This document shows, piece after piece, positions 20,264 to 31,106 of a stretch of DNA of 64,000 nucleotides. Position 1 is the first letter of the stretch; the number at the start of each line of letters is the position of its first letter. This stretch comes from an uncultured delta proteobacterium (GTDB taxonomy: Bacteria > Desulfobacterota > Binatia > UBA9968), in contig CAWFJP010000004.1 of the NCBI GenBank assembly GCA_963816145.1, forward strand, positions 512,001 through 576,000, given 5' to 3'. The notes beneath the pieces are model-generated. The model worked only from the letters and a program-made list of their open reading frames with translations, was not told the DNA's origin and did not search any database. The translations under genes and the position numbers were made by a program.

Positions 20264-21701
20264 ATGGGAAGTGAAAGTTCACTAGCTTACAAAGACCTGC
20301 GCGGTTATCTCGACGCGGCTGACAAGCTCGGCGAACTGCGTCGGGTTAACGGCGCGGATTGGGATCTGGAGCTCGGCGCGATTACCGAAGTGGCGGCGCG
20401 GGCGACGCATCCGAAAGTGGTTCTGTTCGACGACATCAAGGGCTATCCGACGGGGTTTCGCGTCGTTACCAATCCGGTTTGTTCGGCGGCCACGACGGCG
20501 CTCGCTTTCGGACTCGATCCGAAGTTGACCGGTATGGATATTATTCGCGCCTGGAAAGAGCGGCTCGGCAAGCAGACGCCGATCAGGCCCGTGGAAGTTG
20601 GCAACGGGCCGATTACCGAGAACTGCGACAGCGGCGACCAGGTCGATTTGCTCAAGTTCCCGACGCCGCGTTGGCATGAAGAAGACGGCGGTCGTTATAT
20701 CGGCACCGGCTGCATGGTGATCATGGAAGATCCCGACGGCAAGTGGACCAACGTCGGCACTTACCGTGTCTGTGTGCATGACAAGAACACGCTCGGCATC
20801 TGGATTTCGCCGGGCAAGCATGGACGGCTGATCCGGGAAAAATATTGGGCCCAGGGCAAACCCTGTCCGGTGGTGATTAGTTTCGGCCAAGATCCGATTC
20901 TCGCCAAAGTGGCGAGTTGGTACGAAGCCTGGGGTGTGTCGGAGTTGGAAATTGCCGGCTGGCTGTTCGGCGCGCCGGTTAAATATATTCACGGCAAGGA
21001 AACCGGTCTGCCGATTCCCGCGACTTCCGAGCTTAGCCATCGAAGGTTTCATCGTGCCGCCGACCGAAGACAGCCGGCCGGAAGGTCCGTTCGGCGAATG
21101 GACCGGCTACTACGCTTCGGGCACGCGCAACGAGCCGGTGGTCAAAGTCAAAAATGTTTTTTACCGCAACGATCCGATCATCTTCGGCATGCCGCCGGGC
21201 ATCTCCGGCAAATCGGTGCCGCTGAGCGCCGCTAACGTGTGGCTCGCCCTCGAAAAAGCCGGCGTCACCGACGTCCAGGGCGTGTGGGAATATCAGACGC
21301 GCTACATCACGGCGATCTCGATCAAACAAAAATACGGCGGCCACGCCAAGCGCACGGCGATGGCGATGTTAGGCTCGACCTACGGCTACCACCGGCGTTT
21401 CGTCATTATCGTCGATGACGATGTCGATCCATCGAACATCGACGATGTTATGTGGGCCCTGGCCACCCGCTGCGATCCGGCGACGGCGATCAATGTCATC
21501 ACCGACGCCTGGAGCACACCGCTCGACCCGCGCATCACGCCCGACGCCCGGGCGGCGCGCAACTTCACCAATTCGGTCGCGATCATCAACGCCTGCCAGC
21601 CGTACCATTGGAAAGATCAATATGCCAAGACTTGCTACTTTCCTGAGGAAACGCGGCGGGCGGCGGCGGCGAAGTGGAAGGACGTGCTGAAATTGGACTG
21701 A
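20264..21701 (+). CDS. UbiD-family (de)carboxylase (frameshift near 21035)
   Basis: DGGRYIGT and NVGTYR in the first frame; EGPFGEWTGYY in the 20934 frame. Confidence 0.88.
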
Positions 21702-21703
21702 TT

Positions 21704-21887
21704 CCATTTTGGATTTTCGATTTTGGTTTTGGATTGCGGGAGGAAACGTGAAACGATTTTGGATGTTAGTCTGTGAGACCGCTATTGGAATCTGGCACAG
21801 AGGACGCGCAGACGCGGTACAAATTCTGGCAGTGGCTCCGGACATCTTTCCGATAATCTAAAATCCAAAATCCAAAATCGAAAATGG
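21704..21887. repeat. Inverted pair of AATCYAA/AATCGAA 7-mer arrays
   Basis: CCATTTTGGATTTTCGATTTTGGTTTTGGATT ... AATCTAAAATCCAAAATCCAAAATCGAAAATGG. Confidence 0.85.
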
Positions 21888-23010
21888 TGGTGGGGGTGCT
21901 GTCGCGTGCCTGCTTAGGTGTTGCAGCAGCGGTGCTACCATCGCTGCGGAGGCTCCCAAGTGGCAGCAGGACTGGGAGCGAACGGTGGAAGCGGCGAAGA
22001 AGGAAGGGCAGCTTACCCTCTACGGCAGCCCGGAATACGAAGGGCTTTTTGGCGAACTGAACAAAAAGTACCCGGAGATTAAAATTACCGGGGTCTTCAA
22101 TCGCGGCGCGGACGCGGCGCGGCGGCTGATGTCGGAGCGGCGTGCGGATAAATATCTCGCCGATCTCTATCTCAACGGCATGACCACTGGCTACAACGTA
22201 TTCTACAAAGCCAAGGTTCTCGATCCGATCCCGCCTCAGCTGATTCTTCCGGAAGTTACCGATGCCTCGAAGTGGTGGCGCGGCAAGCCGCAATACGTCG
22301 ATCCGGAAAATCAGTATCTGCTCAACTTCAACGGCGAGAATCGCATGGTGGTGGCATTCAATACAAAGCTGGTGAACCCGGCGGAAATCAAATCTTACTG
22401 GGATTTGCTCAATCCCAAGTGGAAGGGGAAGATCGTCGCCTACGATCCGACCCAGGGCGGCTCCGGCGATGCGACGCGGTTTTTCTATCACCACAAAAGT
22501 CTGGGTCCCGAGTTTATTAAGCGAATTCTCACCGAGACCGATATTGTGATCAGCAGAGATACGCGCCAGATGGGGGACTGGCTGGCGGGAGGGAAGTATG
22601 CGCTCTCGATCTTTGGCCCGGTGTCGCGTATGGATTTGGACTTGATGCAGACCCAGGGGTTGCCGGTGGATTGGTTCAAGCCGGAACAGCTGAAGGAGGG
22701 CACCTATATTACGGGAGGATCGGGCGGTGTCGCGTCGATCAATAAAGCACCCCATCCCAATGCTGCCAAAGTCGGCTTGAACTGGCTGTTGTCTCGGGAG
22801 GGGCAAATGGCGTATCAGCGACTTTTCACCCAAGGCAACGACGGCCCGGATTCGATGCGCATCGATATTCCCAAAGACAAAGTGCCGCGCGGTAATCGCC
22901 GGCCCGCGACCGACGACGGACGCACGCCCTTCGTCGATCGCGCCGAGTGGATGGATCAGGAGCCAATCACCAAGTTCATTAAAGAAGTGTTGGAGCAACG
23001 AAGGAAGTAA
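21883..23010 (+). CDS. Solute-binding protein, paralog 6 (start uncertain, indel in signal region)
   Basis: Frame AEAPKWQQDWERTVEAAKKEG continues into ORF 21985..23010; APHPNAAK motif. Confidence 0.85.
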   Translation, partial: NGGGGAVACLLRCCSSGATIAAEAPKWQQDWERTVEAAKKEGQLTLYGSPEYEGLFGELNKKYPEIKITGVFNRGADAARRLMSERRADKYLADLYLNGMTTGYNVFYKAKVLDPIPPQLILPEVTDASKWWRGKPQYVDPENQYLLNFNGENRMVVAFNTKLVNPAEIKSYWDLLNPKWKGKIVAYDPTQGGSGDATRFFYHHKSLGPEFIKRILTETDIVISRDTRQMGDWLAGGKYALSIFGPVSRMDLDLMQTQGLPVDWFKPEQLKEGTYITGGSGGVASINKAPHPNAAKVGLNWLLSREGQMAYQRLFTQGNDGPDSMRIDIPKDKVPRGNRRPATDDGRTPFVDRAEWMDQEPITKFIKEVLEQRRK

Positions 23011-23196
23011 TTCAAAATTTTGGATAGCGGAGAAATCCCGTCAAGATAAAGTCGGTAATATCTCTCAAGGGAATTCTACCGACTGTGTTGGCGCGGGCGG
23101 AGAAAATAATTCGCTGACCCAGCGATCCGAACGCGACGGCTACGGGTTAGTTCTAGTACTGGGGGGTCAAGAAAAAGCGAAAGGCGGAAAAAAATC

Positions 23197-24196
23197 ATGA
23201 ACGGGAAATTTCTTGGTTTCTTGGTTCAAGGGCTTTTTATCGCGGCGAGTGTTTTTGGCGCTTGCCTCTTCCCGCTGAGCTCTTCGATACATGCGGCGCA
23301 GAAGGACTTGCAAAAACTGACGGTCGGCTACACTCCGATCGCCGGCGCGTCGCTGCCGTTCTTCATCGCCGTCGAGGAAAAGATCTTTCAAAAATACGGC
23401 TATGAGATTTCCCCGGTATTCATGGGCGGCTCGCCGCTGATCAATTCGGCGATCCTCGCCGGAGAATTTCCGCATCGGCTACACCGGCGGCGGCGCGGTG
23501 ATCTCGAGCCGGCTCAGCGGCAGCGATCTGATCGCCATCGCATCGCCGTTGCCGGTGCTCACCATCGATGGCTGGTCAAAGCCTGAGATTAAATCCATCA
23601 GCGATTTGCGGGGCAAAAGAGTCGGAGTAACGCGATTCGGCGCCTCGAGTTATTTCTCGGCGTTGTCGATGCTGGAGTCCGGCGGGGTGAAACCCAGCGA
23701 GGTGACCTTTATTCAAAACGGCGGCGTTGGCGAGTCCTACGCAGCCCTAACCGGCGGCCGGGTGGATGTCTGCATGATCGGATATCCCTTCGGTTTGAAT
23801 GCCAAGAATGCCGGTTTTAACCTGCTCTTCCGACCGTCGCAGACCGAATACGGTCTGTTTCCCACCGCGGTCATTGCCGCGCGCGAGTCGTGGTTGAAGG
23901 AAGCCAAAAACCACAAAGTCGCGGTGGATTTTCTACGCGCGCTCAATGAAGGCCAGCAGCTCGCCAGGGAAAACGCCGCGGCATCTAAGCGGGCCTTGAA
24001 AAAATTCACTCGGGTTGACGACGATGCGTCGTTGCAGGGTAGTTTCGAATACTACAGGGACGCTTTTCCCAGCTCCATCAGGGTGATCGAGAAAGCCATG
24101 GCCAACGCGCTGAAGTTTGTCGAACACCCCAAGGCCAAGGGCGCCGACGTCAGGCAATCGTTCGACAACAGCTATGTCGACGAGATGACCAAATGA
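23197..24196 (+). CDS. NMT1/SsuA-type substrate-binding protein (frameshift near 23473)
   Basis: Signal peptide, LRGKRVGVTRFG; ORFs 23197 and 23498 join. Confidence 0.85.
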
Positions 24197-25362
24197 GTTT
24201 AGATAGGCGGACAAAAATCCGATCGAAGCGGACCGTGGCCCATCTTTATCCAGGTTCGTCGATTCCAAAATGGCTGGCGCTATCGTTTGCATGCGTGCTC
24301 GGGTTGGTATCTACCGTGATCGGCGCGGAACAGCCGAAGTGGCAAGCCGAGTGGCAACAGGTGATCGAGGCGGCGAAGAAGGAAGGGCAGCTGTCGCTCT
24401 ACGGCGGCCAGGAGATTACGCATCCAGAGATTGTCGCGGCGTTCAACAAAGAGTTTCCGTTCATTAAAATAACTTCAGCAAGCGGGCGCGCCGCCGACAT
24501 GATGACGCGCATCGTCGCCGAGCGGCGCGCCGAGAAATATCTCGCCGACTTGACGGCCAGCGGTCCCAATGGGCCGCGCATGCTCTATCTCAACAAGATG
24601 CTCGAGCCGATCATGCCGGCATTTATCCTTCCGGAAGTTACCGACGGTTCGAAATGGTATGGCGGCAGGCATTGGTATGCGGATCCGGAGAACAAATATA
24701 TTTTCATGTTCGAGGGTACGATCGTTAGCACTGGGCTCTCGTACAATACCAAGTTGGTCCAGGCCGATGAGATCAAATCCTATTGGGACCTGCTCCAGCC
24801 AAAGTGGAAAGGCAAACTGCTCGCTCAAGACCCGCGCAGCGCCGCTCTGGCGACGCCGGTGTTGATTCTTTACCACCGGGCTGGATTGGGCCCTGACTTT
24901 CTGCGGCGGTTTTACACTGAGACCGAGATCACGCTGTTTCGCGACCGACGCCAGGGGACCAATTGGCTCGCTACTGGGAAATTTCCGCTTTGCCATCTTT
25001 GCCGCGAAATCGACAAAGCCCAACAGCAAGGACTATCCGTTGACGAAGTGGCGCCGGATAAGCTTAAAGAAGGCGGCACCATCGGCGGCGGTGGCAGCAG
25101 CGTCATCGCCCTGATCAACCGGGCGCCGCATCCGAATGCAGCAAAGGTTTTCATAAACTGGTATCTGTCGCGTCAGGGGCAAAGCGTTTGGCAGCATGTG
25201 ATGAACGTCAAGGAAGTGGAAGCGTCCGATTCCATGCGCATCGATATCCCGAAGGATGTCGTGCTGCCGGACGGCAAGCGGGTTGCGGGGAAACAGTACG
25301 AAGTAATTGGCTTTCTCGATCCCGAGCCGGTGCAGAAGCTGTTGCAGGAGATTTTGAAATAA
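24193..25362 (+). CDS. Solute-binding protein, paralog 7
   Basis: Family motifs including APHPNAAKVFINWYLS. Confidence 0.9.
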   Translation: MSLDRRTKIRSKRTVAHLYPGSSIPKWLALSFACVLGLVSTVIGAEQPKWQAEWQQVIEAAKKEGQLSLYGGQEITHPEIVAAFNKEFPFIKITSASGRAADMMTRIVAERRAEKYLADLTASGPNGPRMLYLNKMLEPIMPAFILPEVTDGSKWYGGRHWYADPENKYIFMFEGTIVSTGLSYNTKLVQADEIKSYWDLLQPKWKGKLLAQDPRSAALATPVLILYHRAGLGPDFLRRFYTETEITLFRDRRQGTNWLATGKFPLCHLCREIDKAQQQGLSVDEVAPDKLKEGGTIGGGGSSVIALINRAPHPNAAKVFINWYLSRQGQSVWQHVMNVKEVEASDSMRIDIPKDVVLPDGKRVAGKQYEVIGFLDPEPVQKLLQEILK

Positions 25363-25367
25363 GGATT

Positions 25368-25815
25368 TAACCACAAAGGGCCTAGCGCGGCACAGCCGCA
25401 ACCAAAGGAAAAATTCAGAATCGGATATTAACCGCAAAGGGCGCAAAAAACGCAAAATTCGGAAAGGACAACTCACCACGAAGGACACGAAGATCACGAA
25501 GAAAGAGACTTAAATTCCGAACCTTCGTGTCCTTCGCGCCTTCGTGGTGAACACTTCTTATACGCATGAAGCTGCTCCTGTCGAAGACGCTAAAATTTGC
25601 GCTAGCCGCGAAAACAAAGACCACATAGAAAGAAGATTAGGATTCGGAAAATTGGCCGCAAAGAACGCAAAAAGTCCGATGATCTCCCGCAAGGGTGCTA
25701 AGGATGAAGCTTGTCATTTCGAACGGAGAGAGAAATCCGTCTTCGATCCCTCGCATTCGCTCGGGATGACAGGCCTCCGCCCTGTCACTTGGCGTCTTTG
25801 CGCCTTTGCGGGAGA
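25368..25815. repeat. Dense repeat cluster: 9-mer arms, a complete ACCACGAAG element, and a CGCAAAG element carrying a TGTC-REP pair
   Basis: CTCACCACGAAGGACACGAAGATCACGAAG ... CTTCGTGTCCTTCGCGCCTTCGTGGTGA (25473-25550); composite at 25682-25815. Confidence 0.85.
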
Positions 25816-25841
25816 ATTATCCGGTTTGATTGGAGGAATAC

Positions 25842-26783
25842 ATGCCAGAGCAAGAGATCATGGAAATTCGCGGTTTCTATCGCTCCCATTCGCATCTGCC
25901 GATTTGGGAAGTGATGGACAAGGCGGGGATTTGGCAGCAGAACGGGCTTAAGGTCAGTTTTGAATTCTGCGACAGCTCGGAGGCGGCGGAGAAGGCGTTG
26001 TTCGGCGGCGAAGTCGATTTCGTTTCCGGCAATCACATCTCACCGTACCTTCTCGTCAAGCGCGGCAAGCCGATCGTCTGTCTGACATCGCCGTCCAACG
26101 ACACCAGTGATCGCCTGGTGACCAACTTTCCGATCAAAGCAGTCGCCGAACTGCGCGGCAAGAAAATCGGCGACACGACGTTGGTCGATTCCATCGGCGG
26201 CTACCATCATCCGCGCGGCAATCACATGCTTTACGTCATGCGCGGCGGCTTGAAGCTGGCCGATGTCGAGTGGGTCGAGCTGTCGGAGTCGAACAACGAG
26301 TTCAAGGCGATGCAGCTGGACGTGCTCAAAGCGAAAAAGGTCGACGCGATCTTCGTCAGCGGCAATACCGATAAATTCCAGCAGGCGGGCATGGATGTGC
26401 TGGCGCTGGACCGGCTGCCGATGATCAACGGGCCGACATTGACTTCGACGCTCACCACTTTACAAAATAAAGAAGGTTTGGCAGAGCGGCTGGTAAAAGC
26501 GCAGGTCATGGGTATTCATTTCGCGCGCACCCGCCGCGGCGAGACCGAAGCGATACTCGACGACCTGCGCAAGCGCGAGCCGGAGTGTAGAAACGTTCAA
26601 TATAGAAGCGTCGCCAAGTTGTCGCCCAAGCCCTATCCCGAGCAGGAAGCGGTGGCCAACGCGTACAAGCTATGCTGCCTGAAAAATCCCGAGGCCGAGG
26701 AGCAGAGTCCGCTGGCGCTGTGGGATTTGCATTATCTAAGGACGTTGGATCATTCGGGGTTTATCGATGAGCTATATAAATAG
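25842..26783 (+). CDS. NMT1/SsuA-fold protein lacking a signal peptide
   Basis: GGAGG RBS, ELRGKKIG motif, no hydrophobic N-terminus; C-terminus shared with 55002..55929. Confidence 0.8.
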   Translation: MPEQEIMEIRGFYRSHSHLPIWEVMDKAGIWQQNGLKVSFEFCDSSEAAEKALFGGEVDFVSGNHISPYLLVKRGKPIVCLTSPSNDTSDRLVTNFPIKAVAELRGKKIGDTTLVDSIGGYHHPRGNHMLYVMRGGLKLADVEWVELSESNNEFKAMQLDVLKAKKVDAIFVSGNTDKFQQAGMDVLALDRLPMINGPTLTSTLTTLQNKEGLAERLVKAQVMGIHFARTRRGETEAILDDLRKREPECRNVQYRSVAKLSPKPYPEQEAVANAYKLCCLKNPEAEEQSPLALWDLHYLRTLDHSGFIDELYK

Positions 26784-26789
26784 GGAATG

Positions 26790-26833
26790 GTTCAAACCGT
26801 TCAAACGCTGCGCTCCGTTCAAGCCGTTCAAGT
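26790..26833 (+). repeat. GTTCMARNC 9-mer array (also 35753-35788, 45356-45392, 45663-45696, 52498-52531)
   Basis: GTTCAAACCGTTCAAACGCTGCGCTCCGTTCAAGCCGTTCAAG. Confidence 0.8.
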
Positions 26834-26873
26834 CGTTGACGGAGTGAATCGGGAACGGACCGACCGTTCCGTT

Positions 26874-28016
26874 ATGTCGATGAGAAGAATCACTATGCTG
26901 CATAACCAAATCTGGGCTCCGCTCATTCTTGCCATCGTGGTTTTTTCATTGCCGGGCAGAGTTGTGGCCGCCCAGCTGGATTGGAAGGCGGATTGGGAAC
27001 GAACGGTTGCCGCCGCCAAGAAGGAAGGGCAGGTCAACGTTTATATCTATCGATATGAGGGTTTGCTACAGGATTTCAAACGGGACTTTCCCGGCATCAA
27101 TGTCGTGGCGGTTTCCGGGCGGGGCAACGAACTGACCACGCGGCTCATGTCGGAGCGGCGCGCCGGCAAATATCTCGCCGATGTTTACAGCGCCGGCCCG
27201 GGCGGCAACTACAACGTCCTCTACAAAGGCAAAGCTCTCGAGCCGATCAAGCCGCTGTTGAGCCTGCCGGAAGTCGTCGATGAGTCGAAGTGGTACGGCA
27301 AAGAGCATCGCTACGCGGACGCCGAGGGGAAATACGTCTTCGCCTACTTAGCCAGTCCGAGCGACGCGCAGTTGGCGTTCAACACGACGATGGTCAACCC
27401 CAAGGAATTCAAATCCTATTGGGATGTCATCCAACCGAAGTGGAAGGGCAAGATCGTCTCGCTCGATCTGCGCGACGGCGGATTGGGCGGCACCATGCAG
27501 TTCTTCTACTACAATCCGGAAATCGGCGCGGAGTTTATCAGAAAGTTCTTTAGCACCATGGATATCCAGTTCGCCAAGAATTTCCGGCAGATGACCGACT
27601 GGCTGGCGCAGGGGCGTTACTCTATTTGCTTCGGCTGCAAGGATTCGATGCGCGCCAAGAACCAGGGGCTGCCGGTGGACGACTTCGATACGACACGGTG
27701 GAAGGAAGGGTCGAGCTTTTCGTCCGGCGGCGGTTCGCTGAGCTATCCGAATCAAGCGCCGCACCCCAATGCGGCCAAAGTTTTTATCAATTGGTTCCTG
27801 TCGCGCCGCGGGCAGATTGCGTTGCAGAAGCTCGGCGACGTCGACGATCCGCCCAACTCGCGGCGCATCGACATCCCCAAAGACGATGTGCCGCCGACCA
27901 ATCGCATGGTCCCCGACGGCAAATATTTCGATGTCGTCAAACCGGAGTACGCCGATCAAAAGCCGATCGCCGATCTCGCCAAGGAGATCATGGCGGGGAT
28001 CGACGCGAAGAAGTAG
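26874..28016 (+). CDS. Solute-binding protein, paralog 8
   Basis: Family motifs; close paralog of the next gene. Confidence 0.9.
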   Translation: MSMRRITMLHNQIWAPLILAIVVFSLPGRVVAAQLDWKADWERTVAAAKKEGQVNVYIYRYEGLLQDFKRDFPGINVVAVSGRGNELTTRLMSERRAGKYLADVYSAGPGGNYNVLYKGKALEPIKPLLSLPEVVDESKWYGKEHRYADAEGKYVFAYLASPSDAQLAFNTTMVNPKEFKSYWDVIQPKWKGKIVSLDLRDGGLGGTMQFFYYNPEIGAEFIRKFFSTMDIQFAKNFRQMTDWLAQGRYSICFGCKDSMRAKNQGLPVDDFDTTRWKEGSSFSSGGGSLSYPNQAPHPNAAKVFINWFLSRRGQIALQKLGDVDDPPNSRRIDIPKDDVPPTNRMVPDGKYFDVVKPEYADQKPIADLAKEIMAGIDAKK

Positions 28017-28160
28017 TTGCCGCCGCGGGCAATCTGTCGCCGTTCCATCAAGCTTTGTCTGCCGCCTCAACCGATTCGCGAGTTGACTTTGACATGCCCA
28101 TGGGGAAATATTCTGCCGGTGAATCGAATCGGTTTAAAATTATTCCATCGGAGTGGATTT

Positions 28161-29285
28161 ATGACTAGTCGCCCTGTTGGTTCCCTTGCGCCTTGGCTAG
28201 GCTTTGCGCTTATTTTATTGGCGACCCAAAGCCACGCGGCCCAAGCCGACTGGAAGAAGGACTGGGAGCAAACCGTCGCGGCGGCTAAAAAGGAGGGCCA
28301 GGTCACCGTCTATATTTACCGCTACGAAGGTTTGCTGCAGGATTTCAAGCGCGACTATCCCGGCATCAACGTCGTCGCGGTCACCGGCCGGGGTAACGAC
28401 CTCACCAACCGAATTATCGCCGAACGGCGCGGCGGCAAGTTTATCGTCGATATCTATAGCGGCGGCACCAACAGTCTTTATAATACGCTTTACAAAGGCA
28501 AAGTACTCGATCCGCTCAAGCCGCTGCTGACGCTGCCGGAAGTGACTGATCTATCCAAGTGGTATAATCACGAGCATCGTTACGCCGATCCCGAGGGTAA
28601 ATATATCTTTGCCTTCATCGGCTCGCCGAGCAACGCCCAGTTGGCCTACAATACCAATCTGGTCAATCCCAAGGAGTTCAAATCCTATACCGACGTGATC
28701 AACCCCAAGTGGAAGGGCAAGATCGTCTCCCTCGATCCGCGCGATACCGGACTCGGCGCGACCATGCAATTTTGGTACTTCAATCCGGAAATCGGCCCTG
28801 AGTACATGAAGAGGTTTTTCGGCGGCATGGATGTCTCCTACGCGAAAAACTTCCAGCAGATGACCAACTGGCTGGCGCAAGGCAAATACGCCATCTGCAT
28901 GGGCTGCAAAGACTCGGCGCGGGCAAAGAAGCAGGGGCTGCCGGTGGACGATTTCGACACCAATCATTGGAAAGAAGGTTCGAGCTTCTCTGCTGGCGGC
29001 GGTTCCGTTAGCTACTTGAATCAGGCGCCGCATCCCAACGCCGCCAAGGTTTTCATCAACTGGTTCCTGTCGCGAAAAGGTCAGATCGCGCTGCAAAAAC
29101 TCGGTGATGTCGACGATCCGGCGAATTCACGGCGCATCGATATTCCGAAAGATGATATTCCGCCGGACAACCGGCTCCAGCCGGGAGTGAAGTATTTCGA
29201 CGTGGTCAAGCCGGAATATGGCGATATGAAACAGATCTTCGATCTGGCCAAAGAGATCATGGCCGGAGTGGATAAAGGCAAGTAG
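28161..29285 (+). CDS. Solute-binding protein, paralog 9
   Basis: Shares YIYRYEGLLQDFKRD and LQKLGDVDDP with paralog 8. Confidence 0.9.
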   Translation: MTSRPVGSLAPWLGFALILLATQSHAAQADWKKDWEQTVAAAKKEGQVTVYIYRYEGLLQDFKRDYPGINVVAVTGRGNDLTNRIIAERRGGKFIVDIYSGGTNSLYNTLYKGKVLDPLKPLLTLPEVTDLSKWYNHEHRYADPEGKYIFAFIGSPSNAQLAYNTNLVNPKEFKSYTDVINPKWKGKIVSLDPRDTGLGATMQFWYFNPEIGPEYMKRFFGGMDVSYAKNFQQMTNWLAQGKYAICMGCKDSARAKKQGLPVDDFDTNHWKEGSSFSAGGGSVSYLNQAPHPNAAKVFINWFLSRKGQIALQKLGDVDDPANSRRIDIPKDDIPPDNRLQPGVKYFDVVKPEYGDMKQIFDLAKEIMAGVDKGK

Positions 29286-29354
29286 GAATTCGAGATGCGT
29301 ATCAAGTTTATATGATACACGAAGCGGCAGCAATTCAGACACCTTCCCCATCGA

Positions 29355-29486
29355 CAGACTGTGTCGCAATGCGCAAATGTGGCACATCTGTCATCCCGAG
29401 CGCAGCGAGGGATCTCGTGTTTTCAGCCACATACGAAGAAGAGATTTCTCGGCTTCACCTCGAAATGACAGTTGCGACACAGCCTC
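29355..29486. mobile_element. MITE-like element with CGA flanking duplication inside a CCCCATCGAGGGGG hairpin
   Basis: ccccatCGA-CAGACTGTGTCGCAA ... TTGCGACACAGCCTC-CGAggggg. Confidence 0.82.
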
Positions 29487-29560
29487 CGAGGGGGAGGATT
29501 AAAGAATTAGAGGTTGAACCAACTTCAGTTTGATCACTTATTGGTCCCAAGGAGCGCGAT

Positions 29561-30727
29561 ATGCTCACCAAAGAAGAAAACGAATTGCTCACCAGTGTTG
29601 GCCGCGGCACGCCGGGCGGCGAACTCTTGCGGCGCTACTGGATGCCGGTGGCCTGCACCGGCGAACTGACCGAAGAGAAGTCGATCAAGGCTTTTCGTTT
29701 GTTGGGCGAAGATTTGGTGGTCTATCGCGACAAAGCGGGGCGTTATGGAGTGGTTGGCGAACAGTGTCCACACCGGAAGGCGTCGCTCGCGTTTGGCCGT
29801 GTCGACGAAGAAGGAATTCGTTGTCCGTATCACGGTTGGAAATTCGATTGCACCGGCAAGTGTCTTGAAATGCCGGCAGAGCCGGAATCCGGCGGTTTCA
29901 AAGATAAGATCAAGCATGTCGCTTATCCGGCCGAACGGCTCGGCGGTTTGATCTGGACTTACATGGGACCGCAGCCGGCGCCGTTGTTGCCGCGTTGGGA
30001 TGTGCTCACCTGGGAGAATGGCAAACGCTGGGTGCAAAAGCATGAAATCTACAAATGCAACTGGCTCCAGCCGATGGAAAATTCCGTTGATCCTTCTCAT
30101 CTCTATTGGCTCCACGGCGACACCGCGCACCTGGCGCCGACGGTGGACCATTACGAGGAGGATCATCAATTCATGCCGTTCGAGTACGGCATTATGAAGC
30201 GGCGCATCACTCCCGGTCGCAGGGCCGGCGATCCACCGGTGGTCGATCAGCATCCGTTACTGTTCCCGATTACCCTGCGCCATGTGTTTCGCGCCACCAA
30301 AACAACCGGTTTCGTGCTCCACAATGTGCAAATCCGGGTGCCCGTCGACGATGCCCACACGCAGGTTTTCGTGGTCTACTTCACGCCCAACGATACCGAT
30401 AAGTCGCCGGCGGATGGCGATACCCCCTGGGAGTATTTCCCGATCCGCGACGAAAACGGCGAGTACCGTTTGACCGAGGTCTTGGTGCAGGACGCCATGG
30501 CGTGGGAAACCCAAGGCGCGCCGACCGATCGCACGCAGGAGCATTTGGGTGTCGGCGACGAAGGCATCATTTTGCTCAGAAAACTGCTGCGCGAACAGAT
30601 CGAGATCGTGCGCAACGGCGGCGAACCGCTCGGCATTGTGCGCGATGCGAAAAAGAATCGTTTGATCGAGTTCGAAGTGATCAACGAGCGCATCGGGCTG
30701 GTTGGCAAAGAACGAAAGGTGGCGTAA
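29561..30727 (+). CDS. Rieske oxygenase alpha subunit
   Basis: CPHRK..CPYHGW, ENSVDPSHLYWLH and QDAMAWETQG motifs. Confidence 0.92.
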   Translation: MLTKEENELLTSVGRGTPGGELLRRYWMPVACTGELTEEKSIKAFRLLGEDLVVYRDKAGRYGVVGEQCPHRKASLAFGRVDEEGIRCPYHGWKFDCTGKCLEMPAEPESGGFKDKIKHVAYPAERLGGLIWTYMGPQPAPLLPRWDVLTWENGKRWVQKHEIYKCNWLQPMENSVDPSHLYWLHGDTAHLAPTVDHYEEDHQFMPFEYGIMKRRITPGRRAGDPPVVDQHPLLFPITLRHVFRATKTTGFVLHNVQIRVPVDDAHTQVFVVYFTPNDTDKSPADGDTPWEYFPIRDENGEYRLTEVLVQDAMAWETQGAPTDRTQEHLGVGDEGIILLRKLLREQIEIVRNGGEPLGIVRDAKKNRLIEFEVINERIGLVGKERKVA

Positions 30728-30813
30728 AAATTATCTTGTCGCAGCTGCGCCGAATTTTACTGGCCCCTCGCTGGGGGAAGGCAAGGATGGGGGGTGCTGC
30801 GCGCGATATTGGT

Positions 30814-30988
30814 CTAGTGTCCCGACCCAGAAGTTCACTGCATAATGCAACCGTCATTCCGGGCAAGCTGGCGATAGCTGGCGCGACCCGGAATCCAGAA
30901 GACTCGCGAATCTGGATGCCGGCTTTCGCCGGCATGACGATGTGAAGGCATCCGGCTCATTTTGCAAACTTCCGGCCCAGGACACTAG
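30814..30988. mobile_element. IS630-like-ended MITE carrying a CGTC-REP pair, inserted in the spacer of a CCCC..GGGG element (30763-31029)
   Basis: CTAGTGTCCCGACCCAGAAGTT ... AACTTCCGGCCCAGGACACTAG; REPs at 30852-30939. Confidence 0.75.
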
Positions 30989-31106
30989 CTGGGTACCCCA
31001 CCTTTATTATCCCCCGTCGACGGGGAGGAAAGAAGATTCACAGTGCGGCGAGCGTTTTTAGTCGTTCGAAAATTTTTAGCGTGCAGTAATCAGGAGGAAG
31101 TTTTTA

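Noticed and set aside
23050-23084. AGTCGGTA...TACCGACT inverted repeat as an operator or riboswitch
   Set aside because: A single 8-bp stem with no second copy and no recognisable RNA motif.
25415-26036. Short ORFs over repeat clusters (also 8423..8617, 18946..19152, 29312..29533, 37235..37523, 56351..56595)
   Set aside because: They translate repeat DNA and recur with the same pseudo-peptides, for example VIPSAARDL and PAFAGMT.
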